The position numbers and the translations under genes are program-made. The notes under the pieces were generated by a model, which did not search any database, was not told the DNA's origin, and saw nothing but the letters and a program-made list of their open reading frames with translations. Below, one piece after another: positions 16,669-19,963 of a stretch of DNA of 19,963 bases (the first letter of the stretch is position 1; each line of letters starts with the position of its first letter). The DNA lies in IMG/VR virus record IMGVR_UViG_3300014911_000574, positions 1-19,963 of that record; one strand, 5' to 3'.

Positions 16669-17082
16669 ATGAACTCACAAAAAAGTGATTACCTAACCGA
16701 GATAATTCAGAAGTTCTTAAAATTTAGAGAAATGAGAAGATCAGGATTAACACTTGAAATTCCATTGAGCGACAGACGTTACTGGATCGATTGGACTTAT
16801 GTTCCTGCAGATACGAAAGATGGTAAGAAGTATTACGGGCCTTACTATCGTCTACGATGGATTGAAAGTGGTAAGAAAAAGTGTAAGTATTTAGGAAAGG
16901 CCCCGAAAGAACATGTTCATTTGATAAACGAATTATCATCAACATTTCAGGATCTGGAAGAAACTTTCGAGAACATTCTAAAACTTCTCATGAAATTCAA
17001 TTACCTTTACAACAAGTTCATGAACTTGTACGAAACATACAAGGAATTGATGAAAGAATACATTGAGAAGATCCAGAAGTAA
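16669..17082 (+). CDS. Putative DNA-binding protein (GPY...GK...YLGK motif) with coiled coil
   Basis: YYGPYYRLRWIESGKKKCKYLGK, a motif common in small proteins of archaeal mobile elements; SD GGGAG. Confidence 0.7.
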   Translation: MNSQKSDYLTEIIQKFLKFREMRRSGLTLEIPLSDRRYWIDWTYVPADTKDGKKYYGPYYRLRWIESGKKKCKYLGKAPKEHVHLINELSSTFQDLEETFENILKLLMKFNYLYNKFMNLYETYKELMKEYIEKIQK

Positions 17083-17115
17083 AAAACATTGGTTTTTTTA
17101 TTTCTCTTTTTTCTT

Positions 17116-17373
17116 TTAATGAAACTCACATTTCACAATTTGATGTAGTCTGTGTGCTAGAAAGTCAAAGAGCATTATCAATTCTGAAATCGAAAGTGAG
17201 TCAATATCAATCGAGAGATTAAGACTGAAGTATGACATTAAAAGTTGAATAGTTTCAATCAACTTTTCCCGAATGTAATGTGGCGATATCTTCCCAAATT
17301 GATACTGAACGATTAATTCATACATTTTAGAGCATTTTTCTATAATTTCATTAACTTCTTTTAGTTTCAACAT
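17116..17373 (-). CDS. Hypothetical helical protein (85 aa)
   Basis: SD GAGGG; minus-strand TATA TTTATAAG at ~17408-17415. Confidence 0.65.
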   Translation of the reverse strand: MLKLKEVNEIIEKCSKMYELIVQYQFGKISPHYIREKLIETIQLLMSYFSLNLSIDIDSLSISELIMLFDFLAHRLHQIVKCEFH

Positions 17374-17444
17374 ACTCTTTTACCCTCATTCTGAGTGTCT
17401 CTGAAAACTTATAAATTTTATAATAGGTAATATAGTGGGAGAGT

Positions 17445-18014
17445 ATGTCTCAAGAAAGTCATTTCCACAACATCAACTACTACAACAAGACGATAGGCTT
17501 AACACTACCGAAAAACGTCGTGGAAACGATAAATCATCTTATTACAGAAGGGAGGTTTGCTTCCAGAAAAGAGTTTATTATAAAGGCCATAGAGTATTGG
17601 ATAGAAACTTACATGAAGACAAGCGATGATAAAGAAAGGTTTGCTCAAATTAGGGCTGGTATTCCATCTTTTATCTTTGAAAAAATATCTAAGTTGAATG
17701 TTCAAGACATACACAATTTCGTCTATGATGCAGTAATTTCGTTTCTCGTAAAGTGTCTTAACGACATTATCGATGAACAAAGTAGGATCGTTGAATTGAA
17801 AACAAGACCGAAGATCAGGTATAAACAAGGTGAAAAAAGAGAGATGCAGTTAATAACAGTGCACATGCCAAAATACATTGTTCACATACTTGATGAACTG
17901 GTGAAAGAAGGTCTCTCACCTTCCAGAGCAGAGCTCATTAGAGAAGCAGTGAGGAAATACATTAATGAACGAATTTTCTCAGAAGTTGAAGACATGATCA
18001 TGCTAGGCCCTTAA
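17445..18014 (+). CDS. Multi-domain ribbon-helix-helix (CopG-like) regulator
   Basis: RHH units IGLTLPKNVVETINHLITEGRFASRKEFIIKAI and ITVHMPKYIVHILDELVKEGLSPSRAELIREAV, plus a degenerate middle unit. Confidence 0.88.
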   Translation: MSQESHFHNINYYNKTIGLTLPKNVVETINHLITEGRFASRKEFIIKAIEYWIETYMKTSDDKERFAQIRAGIPSFIFEKISKLNVQDIHNFVYDAVISFLVKCLNDIIDEQSRIVELKTRPKIRYKQGEKREMQLITVHMPKYIVHILDELVKEGLSPSRAELIREAVRKYINERIFSEVEDMIMLGP

Positions 18015-18077
18015 ATTCATGATTTTCTTTTTCCCTTTTTATTTTTATTTTATCTGTTTGTTTTAAATACTCTTAAT

Positions 18078-18096
18078 TCTGAGTTTTAAACTCAGA
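18078..18096. promoter_or_regulatory. Palindrome TCTGAGTTT-T-AAACTCAGA between TATA and start codon
   Basis: Perfect 9-bp arms; TTTAAATA at 18062-18069; ATG at 18101. Confidence 0.65.
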
Positions 18097-18100
18097 GATT

Positions 18101-18328
18101 ATGGTCGATCGAAAAACCCAATTCCTACATGCGTTATTCGAAATAGCTCAAATATCGAAGAATCTTCAAACATCAATTCAAATATACCTAAGGAAAAAAG
18201 ATATTGACATTGTAAACGAGTTGATAGCTCTTAAAATTCCTGTTAAGCTTACAAGGAACAAGTCATTATACATCTCATGGAAAAACGCGGATGATATTGT
18301 CAAGAAACTAAAACATATCTTAAAGTGA
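18101..18328 (+). CDS. Hypothetical protein (75 aa), paralogue of 18333..18566
   Basis: Shared motif LYISWKNADDIV / IYVSWRKCLDIL. Confidence 0.7.
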   Translation: MVDRKTQFLHALFEIAQISKNLQTSIQIYLRKKDIDIVNELIALKIPVKLTRNKSLYISWKNADDIVKKLKHILK

Positions 18329-18332
18329 GATC

Positions 18333-18566
18333 ATGAAACTTAATGTAAAAGACATTGAGTTTCAACTTCTAAAGCTCATGGAGACATGCGCTAAACATAA
18401 GATCTCACTTGAAATTGTTACTAGTCCTGCAAAACATAAAGTGTTGATCGAGATAGCAAGTAAGTTAGGCCTTACAATTGAAAAGCGAAAGTTTATCTAC
18501 GTCTCATGGAGAAAATGTCTTGATATTCTTACCAGATACAATAATCATGAGGTTGGTAAACCATGA
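18333..18566 (+). CDS. Hypothetical protein (77 aa), paralogue of 18101..18328
   Basis: Same shared motif; 4-nt spacing from the upstream gene. Confidence 0.7.
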   Translation: MKLNVKDIEFQLLKLMETCAKHKISLEIVTSPAKHKVLIEIASKLGLTIEKRKFIYVSWRKCLDILTRYNNHEVGKP

Positions 18567-18751
18567 GTAGATCATCAGGTTGTGAATATCGTTACAAGGT
18601 TAGGATAAGGGATAAGAACAATCCTGAACTTTTCTATGAGGTCTTCTTGTGTAGATTGACGAATAAAGAATGTACTTACAAACCATCGAAATGTCCATTA
18701 CTTAAAAAGAAACGGTTAGGCCTTAGCGAAATAACAAGTTTCTTTGAGTAA
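18563..18751 (+). CDS. Small Cys-rich (Zn-binding?) protein (62 aa)
   Basis: Four Cys (C...CRLTNKEC..KPSKCP); 4-nt overlap; SD GAGGT. Confidence 0.65.
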   Translation: MSRSSGCEYRYKVRIRDKNNPELFYEVFLCRLTNKECTYKPSKCPLLKKKRLGLSEITSFFE

Positions 18752-18797
18752 TTTAAAAGGCCCATACATCACAAATATACTTCATTTATTTACACCA

Positions 18798-19439
18798 TCA
18801 CTTTTTGATCAATTCATCATATTTTTTCCTTAGATCGACAAATCTTTTTACTTGATCTTCATCAACATATCTCGAGTATTTAATGATATACTTCTCAATC
18901 TTTTCAATGGTCTTTCTTATTTTATTGCTCATGTCAATCAACGTTTTGTTCCATACCTTTCCTGAAGCATTCCATTCACTTTCAAATTTTGTTATAAGAT
19001 CATCAAGATCGTCAATCATTTGATCAATAATAATCTTGATAGAGGCTTTTGCTTCCGACTTATGCTTTATCTCCTTAATCTCATGTAGATGTACAATAAC
19101 TGGAGATCCTATTGTTGTTAATGCAGATAATAATTGTGATTGTTCGAATGTTCCTTTCATAATTTCTTCATGGAATAACATGTTGATAGCAATGATATGT
19201 CTCAAATATGCAGAAACTGAAATTCCCTTTTCTTTCGCTATCTTCCTTATCCTATCGTAAAGTTCCTTACTAACTGAAAGTCTAATGCAAGTATGTACTT
19301 TTGGAACTCTTACAAGTCTATAGTATTCCAAGAACTTTTCTCGCAACTTTTCAGTTAAGTTTTTATCCTGAGAATATATTGTATTCTCTCGATCCTGCAT
19401 TAAGGCCCCCCGCTCGCGCGTTTTTTCTTTTCCTTTCAT
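18798..19439 (-). CDS. RHH-domain protein with C-terminal helical bundle; alternative start 19400
   Basis: IRLSVSKELYDRIRKIAKEKGISVSAYLRHII. Confidence 0.8.
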   Translation of the reverse strand: MKGKEKTRERGALMQDRENTIYSQDKNLTEKLREKFLEYYRLVRVPKVHTCIRLSVSKELYDRIRKIAKEKGISVSAYLRHIIAINMLFHEEIMKGTFEQSQLLSALTTIGSPVIVHLHEIKEIKHKSEAKASIKIIIDQMIDDLDDLITKFESEWNASGKVWNKTLIDMSNKIRKTIEKIEKYIIKYSRYVDEDQVKRFVDLRKKYDELIKK

Positions 19440-19545
19440 ACAAACATTATTAAAACTATTTTTTCATAAGCTTATAATTTAGACAATGTATGTTCGAGTA
19501 AAAAGCATATAAATACCACATAATACTGTCATGTAGGGAAATGTA

Positions 19546-19833
19546 ATGATAGCTCTAAAAACACAAATCTTGATTCTATACTTTTCATTGATTGCAATAT
19601 TCTTTTATCACCTTATAAAAATGCTTGATACTGTTAATGACTTTTATTACATTATGACAATGATTTTAGGATATGTAGGATTAGCATTTTCACCACTGCT
19701 TGTTTTTGTTCTTGACCTTGTTGGTCTATTAGAATATGCTAGAAATTACATGTTAGCGTTTTCGACATTTACACTAACTGTCACATTAATCTATGAAGTA
19801 AAAAAGAAAAGAAAAAGCAACGACTTCAAATGA
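19546..19833 (+). CDS. Membrane protein (95 aa, ~3 TM)
   Basis: Three hydrophobic segments and a basic C-tail; BRE/TATA AAAAAGCATATAAATA at ~19500-19515. Confidence 0.75.
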   Translation: MIALKTQILILYFSLIAIFFYHLIKMLDTVNDFYYIMTMILGYVGLAFSPLLVFVLDLVGLLEYARNYMLAFSTFTLTVTLIYEVKKKRKSNDFK

Positions 19834-19840
19834 AATTCAA

Positions 19841-19963
19841 TTTGTATTTTATTTTATTTATTTGTTTTGTTTGGTTATTTTAACTGTGTCATTCTTCATT
19901 TTTTGTTTTGAGACTTTATGTTCATGTGTTTAAGACTTTTTTCTTAACGCCCCGTGGGGTTAA
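19841..19963 (-). repeat. Right inverted terminal repeat (123 bp)
   Basis: Exact reverse complement of 1..123. Confidence 0.97.

Larger units (their letters stand above)
1..19963. mobile_element. Complete linear genome of a filamentous/rod-shaped archaeal virus (Adnaviria/Tokiviricetes-like)
   Basis: ITRs at both window ends; SIRV2-like MCP; several glycosyltransferases, a methyltransferase and RHH regulators, as typical of Ligamenvirales-like viruses; archaeal BRE/TATA promoters and GGTGA/GAGG SD motifs; AT-rich. Confidence 0.9.

Noticed and set aside
16724-19260. ORFs 16724..16945, 17435..17629, 17505..17828 and 19036..19260
   Set aside because: They overlap better-supported genes with recognisable motifs
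19400-19420. GC patch TTAAGGCCCCCCGCTCGCGCG with a 9/10 match to terminal TTAACGCCCC
   Set aside because: Too short to be significant; may simply be an SD-like G-run for the alternative start at 19400
1-19963. TTAA-CCC...GGG-TTAA ends resemble a piggyBac transposon with TTAA target duplication; TIRs also recall casposons and Polintons
   Set aside because: No DDE transposase, Cas1, integrase or protein-primed PolB is visible; gene content is viral and the TTAA is part of the terminal hairpin

Overview
The window appears to be a complete ~20 kb linear dsDNA genome of a filamentous or rod-shaped archaeal virus (realm Adnaviria, class Tokiviricetes). It is bounded by perfect 123-bp inverted terminal repeats that end in a GC-rich imperfect hairpin, and it encodes one SIRV2-type major capsid protein (MCP, 14196..14564). 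The left ~14 kb is mostly minus-strand and tightly coupled. It carries a 1498-aa repeat-rich putative terminal-fibre protein, fibre/adaptor-like proteins, a minor virion protein with a C-terminal MCP-like domain, two GT-B glycosyltransferases, a SAM methyltransferase, an alkaline-phosphatase-superfamily (NPP-like) enzyme and small membrane proteins. The right ~5 kb holds small regulators (RHH, HTH, Cys/Zn). I recognise no polymerase, HUH Rep, resolvase or integrase. Three families of repeated cis-elements are visible: TTAGTGTC-N15-GACACTAA, TCTGAG words at promoters, and internal copies of an ITR word (AGTTAAAATAA). All family assignments come from motif recognition by eye; no searches were run.
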